Below are positions 1 to 13,145 of a stretch of 64,000 nucleotides of DNA, piece by piece. The notes below the pieces were generated by a model. The model was not told where the DNA came from. It did no database searches and saw only the letters and a program-made list of their open reading frames with translations. Origin of the DNA: Carpediemonas membranifera BICM (taxonomy: Eukaryota > Protista > Fornicata). The stretch is taken from NCBI GenBank assembly GCA_019828565.1, contig JAHDYR010000015.1, positions 485,605 to 549,604 of the forward strand, in the 5' to 3' direction. Positions within the stretch are counted from its first letter, which is position 1. Each line of letters opens with the position of its first letter. Position numbers and translations under genes: made by a program.

Positions 1-1281
1 CTATCCTGTCTTTCGAGAGACGCATGCCAGTCGCGTCGAGCATGTACCCGACGACTTCGATCGAGGGGGCACCGAGGGTGCACTTTGGGGCTTTCAGTCT
101 GAGTCGTTTCTCTCTGCAGACCTGAAGCGCAGCTATCGCGTAGGAGGTTCAAGAACCTTTCTCCGTCCTTCGCGTAAAGCATTATATCGTCAAGGTAGAT
201 CGCTGCACCTTTGTGCAGTACTGGGGCGAACGCCATGTCCATGGCGCGTTGGAATCGAGAAGGGGCATTTTTCAACCCGAAGGGGCAACGAAGGAACTCT
301 TCGTAGGCATCAGGAGTGACGAATGCAGTCTTCGGCACGTTGTCAGCGGCCATGCGCATCTGGTAATAGCCCTGTCTTAAGTCGAGGCTCCCATAGAACT
401 TCGATCCGGCTGCCTCCCGTACGTACGTTCTGATGTCCGGGAGAGGGTACTTGTCGGTCTTCGTTATGTCATTGAGAGCCTTGAAGTCTACACAAAGGCG
501 GATCTTCTTCGAGCCCTTGTGGCCACCCTGTACCACCACTACCGGTGAGGAGTACGGGCCCTGACTCGGCTGTATAAAGCCTTGTTCTCTGAGTCGGTCA
601 AGCTCTTCTCTGACTAGGCCACGCTTCTCGTCAGAAAGAGGGCGCGCCTTAGCGTGCGGGAACGCGTTCTCCATGAGCTCAATCGTCATTTCCTCGAGCA
701 AAGAGCCTTCCGGTGGTAGTTCTGGATCGAACACGTCGTCATACTCCTTACAGATCTCCTTGATCCTACTGGAAATCTCCGAATCTGGAATATTGATGGT
801 GTTAATGTCTTCCGGGGCTTCCTCGACGGCGCAAACTTCTTCTATGTGTTCGCACAGCACGCAGAGATACTGATTCGAGGCAAGGTAGTCTTTCTTCTTC
901 CCGTCGTCTCTCTTGAACGCAATATGGAGGCCATCATCTGAGAGCCATCCGAGGGAGCGCATGGTGAAGGTGCCAAGGAGCATCTTGTCTTCTTCTCCAG
1001 GCAATATGTAAAATCGTTGTCGGATGACCAGGGCGGCTGTCTCCAGCTCGGGTAGCTCAATGGTCAGGTCCACCGCTTCTTCTGCTGTGAGTAGCTGGTG
1101 TCCCGCCGTCCTGACGAGGAACTTTGGGCATCTCGTTGTCGGTAAGTGCGGGTGTTCTCTCTTCAACTTCCCGACGAGCCCTCGGCTAATAAACGCCTTT
1201 CCTGAGCCAGTATCTATCGTAATGAGGTACTTGGAGCCATTTATCACGGCTTCCGTCTTCAGAACCTCTTCATCCTCTTCG
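1..1281 (-). mobile_element. pol: Ty3/gypsy element G1, protease-RT part (frameshifted, runs off window)
   Basis: Minus-strand translation gives aspartic protease YLITIDTGSG (~1201-1230). RT motifs follow: LDLRQGYYQ, KTAFVT, CPFGLKNAP, IYLDD (~181-200). Confidence 0.9.
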
Positions 1282-2202
1282 AAAGAAAGAAAGAAAAGAA
1301 AGAAATTTATGGTGCTTGGATTCTGACCCCGGACTGAGCTTGTTTCCCGTTGTCTTGGAGCTGAGTGCCCCGGGGTACTGCCTATTTCCCGTGGCAAACT
1401 GGTCAGCAGCGTTTGCCTTGGGCTTTCGGTGCTACTGTCTCCGCGGAAAGCCGATTCCAATCGCCCCAGAGGCCCTGCGGCCATCTCCGTGCAAATATGC
1501 TTTCCTGTCTCCCTGAAAGTCCGGCAACTATCCGGGGAGCCTGGGGGTCTGTCCTCGGGGCATTGACAGGCAGGATCGTCCTGCAGAACCTTGACTATGA
1601 CACTCCTTGCTTCCCTGCAGTCCTTGTAGAGCCGTTCAGCCACGGCACCCTCTCGTCTGTCCGGTTCCCCAATTCCATGCCCCCTCGACTCTGTTAAGAA
1701 GCCTACCCGAAGGCGGGGAAAGTGACTAAGTCCATGCTGTCTACCCCGGTTAGGTGGCGTGGGTCAGGGCATGGGTGGTGTACCCCCAGGCACTAGGCCT
1801 GGTTGTCCTGTTACCCCTTACAACATTTCGCTTGCACTACATGTCCTTGGTTTCCCATGTCGTTAACAAGGGCGGCAGGGGCACCTGTGCCCCTCCGACC
1901 CCCGTGGCCAGTCCCTGCAGTTTCCTTGGGGTCCCAACGAGTGGTGCAACCATATGAATATGGATTTCCTTGACCTTATCCTTGCTCTGTCCTTGTTGCA
2001 TGTCCTTTCTTCCATAATTCTGATCTGTCCTTCCCTGTTCTTTCCTTGCAGTCGTTCCTTCCCTTGCTTTGGTTCCTGGCTACCGGGATACGTGGGGCCT
2101 TTCCTCACTGATCCCAGGAGCTTAGCACCAGCGAGGGTGGTCCATGGCTGATTCCTTGTCCATCCCTTCCCGGTCCTGGAGTCAGGGGTTCATGACATGC
2201 TT

Positions 2203-5200
2203 CTATTCCACCTTGAAGCTGTTGTAAACCTTTGCCAGTTCCCGTAGTCCTGCCGTGAGGCCTTCCCAAATGTCCTCCGAGCCCCATATTATTAGTTGCT
2301 GTAATTCTAGGATGGGTCTTTCCTGGTACCATTCGCCCTGGGGGCCCTGCCTTACTTCCAAGTCCTTAGTTTTGTGCTTCGCTGCTGTCCACAGCTTTGT
2401 CCAAGCTTCTCCCCTGTCTACTGCCGGGCATTCACAGATTATGTGCGCTGCCGATCCTAGCCTCTGGCCCTCTGCCCACTCCCTGATCATTTCCTGCTTC
2501 CTTGCTGGTCCTGGCTTTTCCCTAATGATCCTGTAGAACAGGCTCACCTCCGACTCCTCCGAGCATAGGGGGCATAGTCTGCTAATTTCTCTCTTCAGGT
2601 CAGCGCCTTGGGCCAGCTCTGTGATGGCTCTCATAGGGCCCTCCCCTCTCTCTGCCGACGATGGGGATGGGCTGACATTGGCTGCAATGGATACAATTCT
2701 CTTCCATTCCGCCCTGCTTTGCCCCTTCCCAGCCTTTCGGTCTACCGTAGGCTTACCTTGCAGACACTTGCTTAATTTCCTTGTCCCCATGATTTCCATT
2801 AGTCCTAGTGCCGTACGGCTTTTGCACCGCTTCATCCACCCCCTCCTGATCGTTTCCATGCCATAATCCAGTAGCGCTGGTTTAGGGGCTCCCTCTCTGG
2901 TGCCCTCCAGTAGATGCTGCACTCTCTCCCTAGCTTCCCACATAACCGTGCCCCGCCCCCATTCTCTGTTTCTGACTGGTATATCCTGGTCCCTGTAGTT
3001 GACTATCCTTTTGACTGCCAGCCATTCCATGTGTGCCTGGAGGTCCACCCATCCATTCATCAGCCTCATGGCTGCGCCCCCTCCCGGTCCTGTTCCTGCC
3101 ATGATTCCCTGCCAGTCATTCCAGATCCTTCTACCTCCCGGTGCGTTCCCCCACACCTCGACTCCGAAGAGGATCCTGGGCCATATATATATTTCCAGTA
3201 GTAGCCTGCTCGCTAGTGCTGGCATGTTTGCCCTGGTCCACCCTGCCCATCTCACCAGTCTCTTGTACCTTTCGCTCTGCTCCTGTTTCCGCCTTATGCA
3301 GGCCGACATAGGGTCCTTCCCACTTGCGATCCATAATCCCAGGTATCTCGCCTCCTTCTCTGGCAGTAGTGTTACCCCCTCGATCCTGACTAGGGCTGTT
3401 CTGTCCACGCTAATCATTACATTCTTCTGGGCGTTCACCCTCATTTCATGCTCTCTGATTATGTCCACCATTATGTTGGCGACCATCTGGCTATGCTCCG
3501 GTTTGCTCCCTGTGACCGCAGTGTCATCCACAAACATGGTAAGTGCTGCCGGTAGTCGGTCGCTGAGGTGGCTCGTGGTCCTTGGCGGTTCTCTGATGTC
3601 GTACCGTTCTCCCTTGATTTTTCTTTCTGGCCAGGTGGGGCCAGTTAGCCATGAACAGCACAAACAGTGTCGGTGCCAGGACGCACCCTTGCTTAACTCC
3701 CCTGTTGGTTCTTTCCCATGCCTTTGCCCCCTTGACTGATATCCAGGTTTCCTTTATTGTGCCTTGAATTGCCCTGATCAAGTGCTCCTCCACCCCCATA
3801 CCCTGTAGCTTATCCATGAGAATGTCCCTTGGTACCGTGTCATATGCCTTCTCGATGTCCAGAAAGATTGACGTGGTCTCACCCCCTCCTGGTGCCGCTG
3901 CACAATGTACTGTATCTGCTGGATGACGTCCCTGTCTGACTGGAAACCAGCCTGTTCTCTTGGTATGAACCTTTTCGTTGCTGCTTCCAGACGTATCTTG
4001 AGCAATCTACCATAGACCCTGTACAGCAGTGGTGTCAAGGATATTGGTCTATATGATTCCGGCTTGACCCTTGGCTTCCCTGTCTTGTGTATGGCCGACA
4101 CTGTGGCATACTTCCATGCTTTGGGTACGTCGCCCTCCCTGTAGACCCTGTTGATGAGCCTCGTCACTTCCCTAAGGCCTTTCTCATCCAGCTCTCTCAG
4201 CATGTCTCCAGATGTGAGGTCAGGCCCTGGTGCGGTGTCCCTCCTGATCCTTTTGATTGCGGCTTTGACCTCGCTTTCCTTGAACTCATTTCCGTCCCTG
4301 CCCCTCCATGTCTTCCAGGTGGGTTCCCTGCCTCTGCTGACTCTAGCATACTGTTGCAAGAGGATCTCGCTGATGGCCGCCTTGTCCGTGGTTATCACTC
4401 CGTCCTTGAGGAGGCTCTCCGGCATTCCCTTGTATTGGTTGTCACACCACCACCTTCTGATGGCAGCTTCCACTGAGGCCCTTGAGGCCCTATACCCCCT
4501 TTTGCACTTCTGCTGATGTCGGCCACCCATTTGGCCCTGCGCTCTCCCCAGTATTTCTCCAGCTCCTCTTTCATCCTTTCCTTCCTGGTCCTGTTGCCTA
4601 TTTCTGTCCATGGGGTTCGCTGGAGTTCGCTCCACACTCCGTTCCCGAACACTTTGTCCCTTGCCTTTGCTCCCCTGTTGTTCACTGGGTCGCCCATGCA
4701 TGCTCTTATAGTCTCTTCCCATTGGTCCGAGCTCTTGATCCTGTTCAGCTTTGAGACTGTGACTGGCCCCTCCTTCTTTTTCATGGGCCAGGTGTGCACC
4801 TCGGGTATGGCCAGAGCCACGTCTCGCTCACTTCTGCCATAGTACCGTTGTTCCTTCCATGCTAGTGTGATTCCATTGTGTGCTGAGCCCCATACCCCGA
4901 CCTTCTGAGACTCTACCACCTCAATCTCCGCCCCCTGGATTCCTGGTGTTGTCACTGCAAAGTCCGGGGTTGATGTTCCTGATGTGAGCGTCCCAGACTT
5001 GGGTATGATGGCTTTGAGCCTGTGCTTCTCCATCATATCCTTCCACCGGGTGGATCTTTCCATCTGGCCTGGGTCGATGTTCCAGTCTCCCATAATTATG
5101 GCCTCCATGCTCCCTTTCATGTCCATGATCTTCTGTATAGTGTCCCTGAATCCATCCTTCTCCTGCTTGCTGTGGCCGGATGGAGGGCCATACACGTTGA

Positions 5201-5646
5201 TGACTAGTATGTCCCTGCCGGTTCTCATTATGCTGGCTTGCACTCTTCCCGATAGGCTGTCCGTTATGCCGATGTCCCACTTTGCAGTTGCGTGTGGGCT
5301 CACTATCGTGCCGATGCCTTCCCTTGTTCCCTTCCATCTTGGCGCAGGTTCGTCATTGCCTGCTATGCCTAGTTGTCGGTTGATGCGGTGCTGACTTTTT
5401 GACATCCGCCTTTCGTTTTTCGTTGGCTAAGACCAGGTCCTCTTCCGTCTCCCTCCCTGCTAGTGCGTAGTCAAGGTCCATGAAGCAATGAACCCTCGTA
5501 TTCGCCGTTCTCCATGTCTCTTGTATGAGTACTGCCTCTATGTCCTTCAACCTTAGCTGAATCGCCGTTGCCATAGACGCCGTGAAGTCCTTTCCTCTTC
5601 CTATGTGTCCCTCTGTGTTCAGACTAAGTATCTTGTAGGTTACCAT
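2203..5646 (-). CDS. LINE1-A ORF2: APE endonuclease, reverse transcriptase, C-terminal CCHC-like finger (several frameshifts)
   Basis: APE motifs ILSLN, LIQET, INVYGP, IMGDWN, SAH. RT motifs APGPD, YRPISL, QAGF, GVKQGCVLAP, MFVDD, YLG. C-terminal CPLC...HIICEC. Confidence 0.9.
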
Positions 5647-5979
5647 TGCCTTTGTCCTGTTTCCTTATCCTGCGAATTCCCAGAATTTGGGAGCCCCAGC
5701 TTCCCGCTCCTCTCCTGCTATCCTTGTCCTAACAAGGGGCCTAGATGCCGGTCTCGGTGACCCTTGTCAGGCCAACCTTGTTACCACCTGGTGACCTTCC
5801 ATTCTTCGGGCAGGGTACTTAGGAGGGGGACGATATGACGTGACCCCCCCTTTGGCTGCCGCTACAGCCTACCGGCAGTGCATTTCAGCTAATGCCGGGC
5901 CCTGGGTGGGAGCCAGGGCTTGTGAATTATAATAGAAAATGTTGCTTGTTCCTTGAAAGAATACTGCTTTACCATGTCC

Positions 5980-8900
5980 TTACTCCTCCTCCGTGGACTC
6001 CCCACTGCCGCTGCAGCTGTCCTCGGCCTGACTCACTTGCTGTCCTTGTAGACTCTGCATTACCGTGATGAACTGGGTCATCAGGTCCATGGGTGAGATC
6101 TGCTTGGCCTTCTTAGCCTTCTTGTGCTTGTGCCGGGGGATCGTGGGCTTCTCCTTGCTGGGCTTAGTCGCGACGCCGGAGAGCACCAACCTTCCGTGGC
6201 CTTGCTCTTGCATGAGTCGGGCAGACTTGAGCGCTGAGATCTCTTGTTGCGCCTCTGCCAACTGCTTTCGGAGCCGCAGCTTCTCCGAGTCCATGCCGGT
6301 TGCCTGTCTGCTTCCAGACTCCCAGTCCATGTCCTCTTCGTGCCTGCTTCTCTTTCCGCTGTCCGAGTCCATGATCCTACTCGTGCTGCCCTCCTTGCGC
6401 TTGAGCGTCGTGGAGGAAGAGTGATCCTTGCTGTTGTCCATGCCTCCCTCTGAGCCTCTACCGGCCCAGGTGTTCCCGCTGAACGAGCCTCTCATCTGCG
6501 TTCCCGTGTTGTCCTGTCTCTCCCTGTCGTCTCCTCCGTGGTTACGATCCGAGGTCCTGTTCATGTTACCAGCTCTGTCGCCGGTTCTGTCGTCAGCTCT
6601 GACACCAGCTCTACCGCCGGCTCCGTGTCCTACCCTTCTGTCCTCTTCCCTGTCTCCATGCTGGTCGTGATGTCCTTGATCCGCGTCCTGGCCGAAGTGC
6701 CTGCCCACCATCCTGGTGCTAATCCGCCTCGCCTTTTCCTCCAGGCCGTTGTCGAAGAACCTACTTTGGTATGGCTGTTCGGACTTTCCGTCGATGGTGG
6801 GGACATACGTGATGCCTGGGACATTGACTGTGTTGGCTCTGGGCTCGTCCGGGATAGCTGCCGAGACTAGTCTGGCCCCTTCCTTGCGCATGCGGCTTAG
6901 GATGGTCCCAGCCTCGCTGACCCTGACCATGCCCCCAGTCTCTCGGGATGAAGCTCGCCCCTAGGGTGATCCTACCCCTGTTCCTGGGGGCCTTGACGTT
7001 GACTATGACCTTCTCATAGTCCCTGAGGCTCTCTGCTAGGTCGTCGCAGCCCCAGACTCCTTGATGAGCCGTAGCCTCCTTCGAGGGCCACCACTCGTAT
7101 AGCATGGCCATGGTTATGATGTCCTCCTCCCTTGCTGCCCCTAGGCCCTTCCTGACGCGTACCATGCGGAGCTGGTTAGCCGTGGCTCTTTCCATGATGG
7201 TCCATAGCGGGCTTCTCTCCAGTACACCTTCGTTGTCCATGATTGTGAGGGGGGGCAGTAAGATGCCCTTCATGCCCAACAGAACCTCCCCGAACCCGAA
7301 GCCGATGCCGAAGCGGTGTCCGTTGTCCGGGACTACGAGGATCCTGTCGCCGACTTCCCTGCTGACGTCCCTTGCGTCCCCGATCGGGTACGTGCCGAAG
7401 ATCTCAAAGGTGTCCCTCCTTGTCGCGAATTCCGGGCCTCCCATGATATCCATGCCCGGCTCCGCCTTCCCGACTGCTTCCATGGTCTTGTCGAGTGCCT
7501 TACCCATGTAGTGGTAGACGTCTGGGGTGCTCATCCTCTCCTTGCATAGGGCCCTGATCCTGGCTGTGAAGACTACTGTATCCGCCAACCCACAGTGGTA
7601 GCAACCCGCGGTGTGTCTGTGGTACGGACAGACTCCCTTGGGCTCGCTCCTGTTCTGCCATCCATTTGACCATGTTGTTACTGCTTCCAGGTAGTTGGCC
7701 TTGTCGAGGTTGTCCCTGAGGTTTTGGCCAGCCTCCTCCCTTGCCGTTGTTCTCCAGGATCTCTGGTAGCTTCTTCTCGTCCACCAGCCTAGCTTGGAAG
7801 AATTCCCTGGTTCCTTGCTCCAGTCCATTTGTGGGGTTCGTGAGGAGGAAGCTTTCCATCTCCACCCCCTTTGCATACATGATTATCTTCCAACCCTCCG
7901 ACCTTTCGATCCTTGCCAGCTGAGCCGCCAGGCGGTTGGCCCAGTCCCTGAAAGTATGTATGTGCTTCTCATACTCGATCGGCGGCCGCCCCGTCCCGAC
8001 CTCCACGAAGGTGGCCGGCGGCAGCCCCGTCACTGCCCATGCCGTGTACCTCGCTTGGTCCATGCTTGCTGCCGGTATGTCCTGGTAATACAGGCCATGC
8101 CCGTGTCCAAGAATGTCCCCAGTGCTGAGGTCAAAGAGTACGATCCCGCCCTCAACCGGGATGGCAGGGATCCCTGCCTTCTTGACGCCAGGGTCTGCGC
8201 ACTCGAAGTCGATGGCTCCGATCACCAGTCGTTTCTCCTTGTCCTTTCTAGGCATCCTCGGCGGCTGGCTGCTGACCTTGTTTGAGTCGACCTCCTCGTC
8301 CTGGTCGATCTTGCCTTGGTTGGCCCCCGACCATGTCCTTGTTCACTTCCAGGAGGCTGTCGTCGAGGCTTCTTCTGCCGGGCATGGTGGCCTGCTGGCG
8401 TCGTTCCTCCTTGTCCTTGACATGTTGCTCCTCGTCTCCGTCGATGACCGTGCTAGCGGACGACCTGTCCAGATCGGCATGTTCGTCCCTATTGCTGCGG
8501 ACCGAGGTGGCCTTGAGCACTTCCAGCCTCACCTTCCGGAACGGCGGCTCGTTGCTAAGGGGGGTCTCCTCCCCTTCGCCCAGGATATTGGTTCTGCCCT
8601 TCAGGTAGATCCCTGACTTGTTCCATGCTGCCTGCCATATGGCCGGGGCCTCCGGTGCCTGAAGCCTGAGGATGTCCCTAGCCTCCTCCATGAAGCGGCT
8701 GATGGACCATGCTGACGTGTCGCTTAGCTCTAGGATGACCCTGTACTTGCCGTCCTCTTGCTCGTAGGCCACTCTGGTGACCGGGCCTTGGTTTGCCGGA
8801 TCCCATACCTTGTCGTAAGGCACGCCTTCTACGGCCTCGTCTCCATGAGCCCCTGATACCAGTATGAACGACCCTTCGGCCTTCTTGACGCTGTCCCTGT

Positions 8901-9486
8901 CTACATCCCATTCGATGGGCCCATCTTCCTTCGGCTTGAGGATCGCCGTCTCGATGTCCTTCTCAGATGGCCATCTTGCCATGCCAGTGAAGCCCGCTTT
9001 CAGCGTCTTGGGCTCCAGTGCCTGTGCCATGTCCTTTGCTTCCTCGTCTCTGGGGTTGAGCGCCTCTGTGAGCATGTAGAAAAGGTCGCGGAGGCCGTGG
9101 ATGCCGCATGGGTTCCTGAGGATGATGTCCTTGTTGTCAGTGACGCCGGTTGCGAAGAGGATGCGTCTGGCGTTCATGATTACTTCCTTGCGTCCTTTGG
9201 AGTTCGCATTGAGCGACTTTCCTGTAAACTTGCCTGTTCTACGAAGAAGTAGAGTCCTTGAATCGTTCCTTTCAGCGAGGAAGCTGTCCAGTAGTTCCCT
9301 GATGTCCTCCCACTGCTTCTGCGTGGAATCCCTGATCCTTGTCGGTATTTCTACCTGCATTGTTGAGTGCAAAATTTCTCCCCTTTTCCTAGTCCATAAA
9401 CTGGGTCGGAATTTTTGGGTCCGAAAGTCGGGCCACATGTACATATCCGGGTGAGGTCTCCGTCCAGGCCTTCCAGTTTCTCCCAT
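5980..9486 (-). CDS. LINE1-A ORF1 (~1150 aa once frameshifts are joined) with a DEDDh/Maelstrom-like exonuclease domain and a C-terminal coiled coil
   Basis: ORF pieces 8248-9486, 7500-8255, 6761-7876 and 5980-6930 join at homopolymers, and these joins are open in copy B. Motifs IDFE..PVE..YAKG..CPYH..HCGLAD. Confidence 0.8.
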
Positions 9487-9976
9487 TGTCCATGCTCCGT
9501 ACTATATAGGCCATTCTTTCAAAAAGGCGCGGTCCTAAAAATGCGTCGCCCTTTTCTGAGTAGCGGGGCCTTTCTGTGTAGTTGTTGTTGCTTTGTTCGT
9601 AGTCTCCTTTTAGCCTCTATCGACGGCCCCTGTTTCCCTTTTGTGCTGCCCTTCCTTCCTTGTGGTCTTGACAAAACCATGTAGCCGCCGGTGCTAGCAC
9701 TGGCCCTCGACGGTTGTTTTCCTTTTCCTTGTAAACATACGTTCCATGAAGACACTTTGATTCCTTGGTATGGGCGTGGAGCTCCCACTCGCGCCCAGCG
9801 GTATGCCCTGATAGCAACCCTTGAATGTTCAGACAGGAGGCCAAGGCCGCTCCTTCTGAGCTCCATGGGGCACTGCCCTATCCATATAGGCCAGGCCTGT
9901 TGGTCCTTGTCCATCCATGATCGAAGTGTTTCCACTTTGCTGAAATCATTGGTGAACTGACTCTTCATCCTCTTCG

Positions 9977-10075
9977 GCCATGTTGGCTTCGGCCGGCTTC
10001 CGCTCCTTAATCTCCTCGGGGCGGCGCAAACGACCGTTCTCCCGGGACTTCTTCTTGGACGGACAGTCATAGTCC
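9977..10075 (-). mobile_element. G1 gag/protease junction fragment
   Basis: Reads DYDCPSKKKSRE...ANMAEEDEE in frame with the protease at <1281 once LINE1-A is removed. Confidence 0.75.
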
Positions 10076-10147
10076 TGTAGGCTTGTAGGCTTAAGGGAAA
10101 CGATTTACAGCATAAAATGCACCTTGACTATTGAGGACTGGGTCACA
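10076..10147 (-). repeat. Probable very short (~72 bp) 3' LTR of gypsy G0
   Basis: TG...CA ends on the minus strand, directly after the polypurine tract GGCGGGGAGGGGGTAG that ends the integrase ORF. No second copy in the window. Confidence 0.55.
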
Positions 10148-11746
10148 CTACCCCCTCCCCGCCAGCCAAGATTTGATACGGGTCACCTGAGCTGGGTCAA
10201 CCTTGGTCAGATAGACGTCCCAGGCCTGAAGCTCCTCGTTACCTTTCACGGGCTCCCAGGTGGCCTCGGACAGCTCAAAGCCTGCCCAGGCGATTTGCAC
10301 TTCAGGGCGGCCGTCACGGACGCGATGGTCCAGGATACTTTCGACCACGTACTCGTCATGGACTCTGCCGGCCAGTCGCTTGGCTGCCTCAGCTGACAGC
10401 GGTAGGGCCTCTACAAGGCGCTCCTGGTGTACCAGGCTGGTCGTGCCCGTCACCAGGTCCCTCACCCAGTGGGTGTTCGGAGACGTTCCCTGCTTCACCA
10501 ATTCCATCGGACCCCTCAGTCGTGGGGCCAGTTTCGACGGCCTGGTCGCCGGACGGAGGAATACAAGTGCTCTGGCCTTCCACTCTTGGCACGAGTGAGT
10601 CGGTGCAGTTTTCTGGCTCTTCACCAGCTTCGCTTGCTCATATTGCTCAATTGAGTTTCTGGCTGCTTCTTGTAGTCTAGAACGTTGCTTGATCCATTCC
10701 TGAACCGCATTCGGCGCATCTGACTCCTCGGCGATGCGTGCCAGCTTCGTCGATGGCAATCTCGAATCGTCCACGCCAAATAGGCACTGCAGTGGCGTTT
10801 GATACGCCAGAACCTTCTTTGGCATCGAATTAACGATGAGTTGTACGGCCGGGAGCCATTTTTCCCAGTTGTCGTCGTTGGCGTCCATGAGAACCTTCCT
10901 CAGCGCCCGCACCGCCGTACCGTTAGCCCGTTCGACAATTCCCATGCTCTGGGGGTGATACGCGGTTGCGAAGCGGTGCTGAAGCGACAGCCGGTCCATC
11001 AGACGGGCCACCAGGTGGTTCCGGAACTGCGTCCCTCCGTCCGTCTGGATGAGGTGTGGGACTCCGTGCCTGCCCACGATGTCCCAAATCACGTCGACCG
11101 CTGTCTCAGCCTTCGTCGACTTGACCGGGTACAGCAGCGTGTACTTCGTAAACGTATCGATCACCGTCACGATGTACTTGTTCCCGGCCGGCGACTCGGG
11201 GAGCGGCCCGATTGTGTCCAATTGGATGGTATCCAAGGGGTACCTGGACTGAGTAGTGTGGTATGGCGCGAACGCCGGAGCCACACGGTCGTTTGACTTG
11301 TTGCAGACCGGGCAGGTTTTGACCCAGTCTGAAGCGAACGGAGCTATCTTCGCCCAATTGTCGCCCGAAAGTCTCTTAATGGTCTCTAAGCTCGCATGGC
11401 CTGCAGATCCACCGTGAAACTGCTGTAGGAGCGCTCGAACATCGTCCGGGATCTCCTCCGCCGCCAACGCTGAGAATGTCTGCCTCGAAAGCGCATCAGC
11501 GATGATATTGTCTTCTCCCTTGACATGTACTACATCGAAGGAGAACTGCTGTAGCGCTATGCGCCACCGCATGATCTTCCGGGACACCAGGGACTTCATC
11601 ATGAGATACGTGAGGTTCCTATGGTCTGTATGGACAGTCAGATGCTGGCACATGGTAAACAGAGGCCTCATGTCATCCCTGGTTAGCGCGTGGACCACGC
11701 CAAACAGCTCCTGGTCATAAGTTGACCACCTCCGTTGTACGTCACT
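10148..11746 (-). CDS. pol: Chromovirus G0 pol 3' part: RNase H, integrase, chromodomain (5'-truncated)
   Basis: RNase H WSTYDQE, TDHRNL, ADALSR. Integrase H..GH/CPVC, LDTIG, QTDGG, VERAN. Chromodomain YVVESILDH..IAWAGF..ATWEP. Confidence 0.92.
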   Translation of the reverse strand, partial: SDVQRRWSTYDQELFGVVHALTRDDMRPLFTMCQHLTVHTDHRNLTYLMMKSLVSRKIMRWRIALQQFSFDVVHVKGEDNIIADALSRQTFSALAAEEIPDDVRALLQQFHGGSAGHASLETIKRLSGDNWAKIAPFASDWVKTCPVCNKSNDRVAPAFAPYHTTQSRYPLDTIQLDTIGPLPESPAGNKYIVTVIDTFTKYTLLYPVKSTKAETAVDVIWDIVGRHGVPHLIQTDGGTQFRNHLVARLMDRLSLQHRFATAYHPQSMGIVERANGTAVRALRKVLMDANDDNWEKWLPAVQLIVNSMPKKVLAYQTPLQCLFGVDDSRLPSTKLARIAEESDAPNAVQEWIKQRSRLQEAARNSIEQYEQAKLVKSQKTAPTHSCQEWKARALVFLRPATRPSKLAPRLRGPMELVKQGTSPNTHWVRDLVTGTTSLVHQERLVEALPLSAEAAKRLAGRVHDEYVVESILDHRVRDGRPEVQIAWAGFELSEATWEPVKGNEELQAWDVYLTKVDPAQVTRIKSWLAGRG

Positions 11747-12060
11747 TGTGATTTGCTCGGGGTGAACGGCCCGTGAGGGGAGACAAAGGCAACAAGAAGT
11801 TGGTACGTTTAATGCCGCGGCAGTGCTGGGGGAGTGAATGTACACCATAAATGGAGTTACGTAATTCGCACTGCCTTTCTCGATAGCTGGCCAAGCTTGG
11901 ACGGCTGAACGTGAGGGACGAACGCAAATCACCTGCGGACGATCTTCGACACTCCTTTGGGTCGTTCAATCGTGCATCGGATGATCCTTTAGCGCACCTG
12001 GGCGTCCCCAGGCACTGGAGATTATACTGACGGGCCAAGGAAGCGTTCGGAAAAGGCCTT

Positions 12061-12109
12061 ACATACTGTTAGAATGGCCAGTTAATCCGGGGATATACGG
12101 AGGATAAAC
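12061..12109 (+). repeat. Left TIR (49 bp)
   Basis: ACATACTGTTAGAATGGCCAGTTAATCCGGGGATATACGGAGGATAAAC is the exact reverse complement of 53669-53717. Confidence 0.95.
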
Positions 12110-13145
12110 GCAAATTCCTTATTCGTGCTTCAGGGCGTTCGAAGTCCTAAGAAGCAGCTGAAATGATAGATGCGAGTGCATTAATGACATATCCATGCTT
12201 GATGTAACATGTGCGAGATTGGTGGTCGAGCAAATTGCCTCTCGCATTTTAAGGTCGAAGGCAAAAGTGGTCGTACGACCAAGTGGCCTTGTCAGCAAAG
12301 TCTGTGTGTTCTAAAGAGTATCCTCTGTTGTTTTTAGGCGTCAACTCCTTCTCAGTCGCCGGGAACTAATGACTGAATCAACCAATCAAAAGAATGAAGC
12401 TGTCCCCCAGAAAGCAGGCCATACTACGGTGGTATATAGTCAGTATACATCATCGGAGTATGTTCGGTTTTCTGGGGGACAGATTCAATCTTCTGTATCT
12501 CAAAATTTGCAATTTTTTATCGGCGATAAGATGGAATCAGAAGACTTGGCTCAGAGCTCAAGTGCACTTAGCTCCATAGAGCTGAGATCGGCAATTGGCA
12601 TGATCCACCGCCGCAGAAGGTGCCCAAAGAGGCGCTGACGTTGAGCGGTCGATCATGGCCGTTTAACACATCAACGGGGGCCTCATCCCATGCAGTATCC
12701 ATAACTTTTTACCATTTTCTTCTAGCTGCACTGGTTGGCAAATGAGCATTTTGTGTCGCCTTCATCATGGCAATATTCGAGATCAAATCCAGATTTGCTT
12801 TTTTTGTGCACAAGGAGCACAACAGCAAATTCGCAAGTAATGCAGATGAAAATCAGATGAATCTTAATCAGGCACTCTCATACACACACTGCTTTAGTTT
12901 CGGAGCCAACGTCCATAAACTGAAGGAGTTCTGAACATTGTTTCACCAATTGTGTGAAACTGGTGAAATTGTGAAATAGTGTTGAAACGGCCAGAGAAGA
13001 AGAAGGAACCCCGGCAGCGCAGTTGTAGCTGCTCTTATAGAGCTATAGCAACAGCCAAATTGTCTGATATATCTCACAGACCGTTGCGCATGTACCTGCC
13101 TAGTTTTTGTACAAAAATCTTGTTTTTTTAAACTCTACAGAAATC

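Larger units (their letters stand above)
1282..9960 (-). mobile_element. Non-LTR retrotransposon family 1, copy A (full length, ~8.7 kb)
   Basis: 16-bp TSD CTCTTCATCCTCTTCG at 1266-1281 and 9961-9976. (TTTC)n 3' tail at ~1282-1306. Contains ORF1 plus an APE-RT ORF2. The G1 reading frame continues across the insertion. Confidence 0.95.

Noticed and set aside
11747-12060. Possible further LTR starting TGTG at 11747, and the N-terminus of ORF 10148-11932
   Set aside because: Pol similarity stops at ~11746, but there is no second copy or matching end to support an LTR call.
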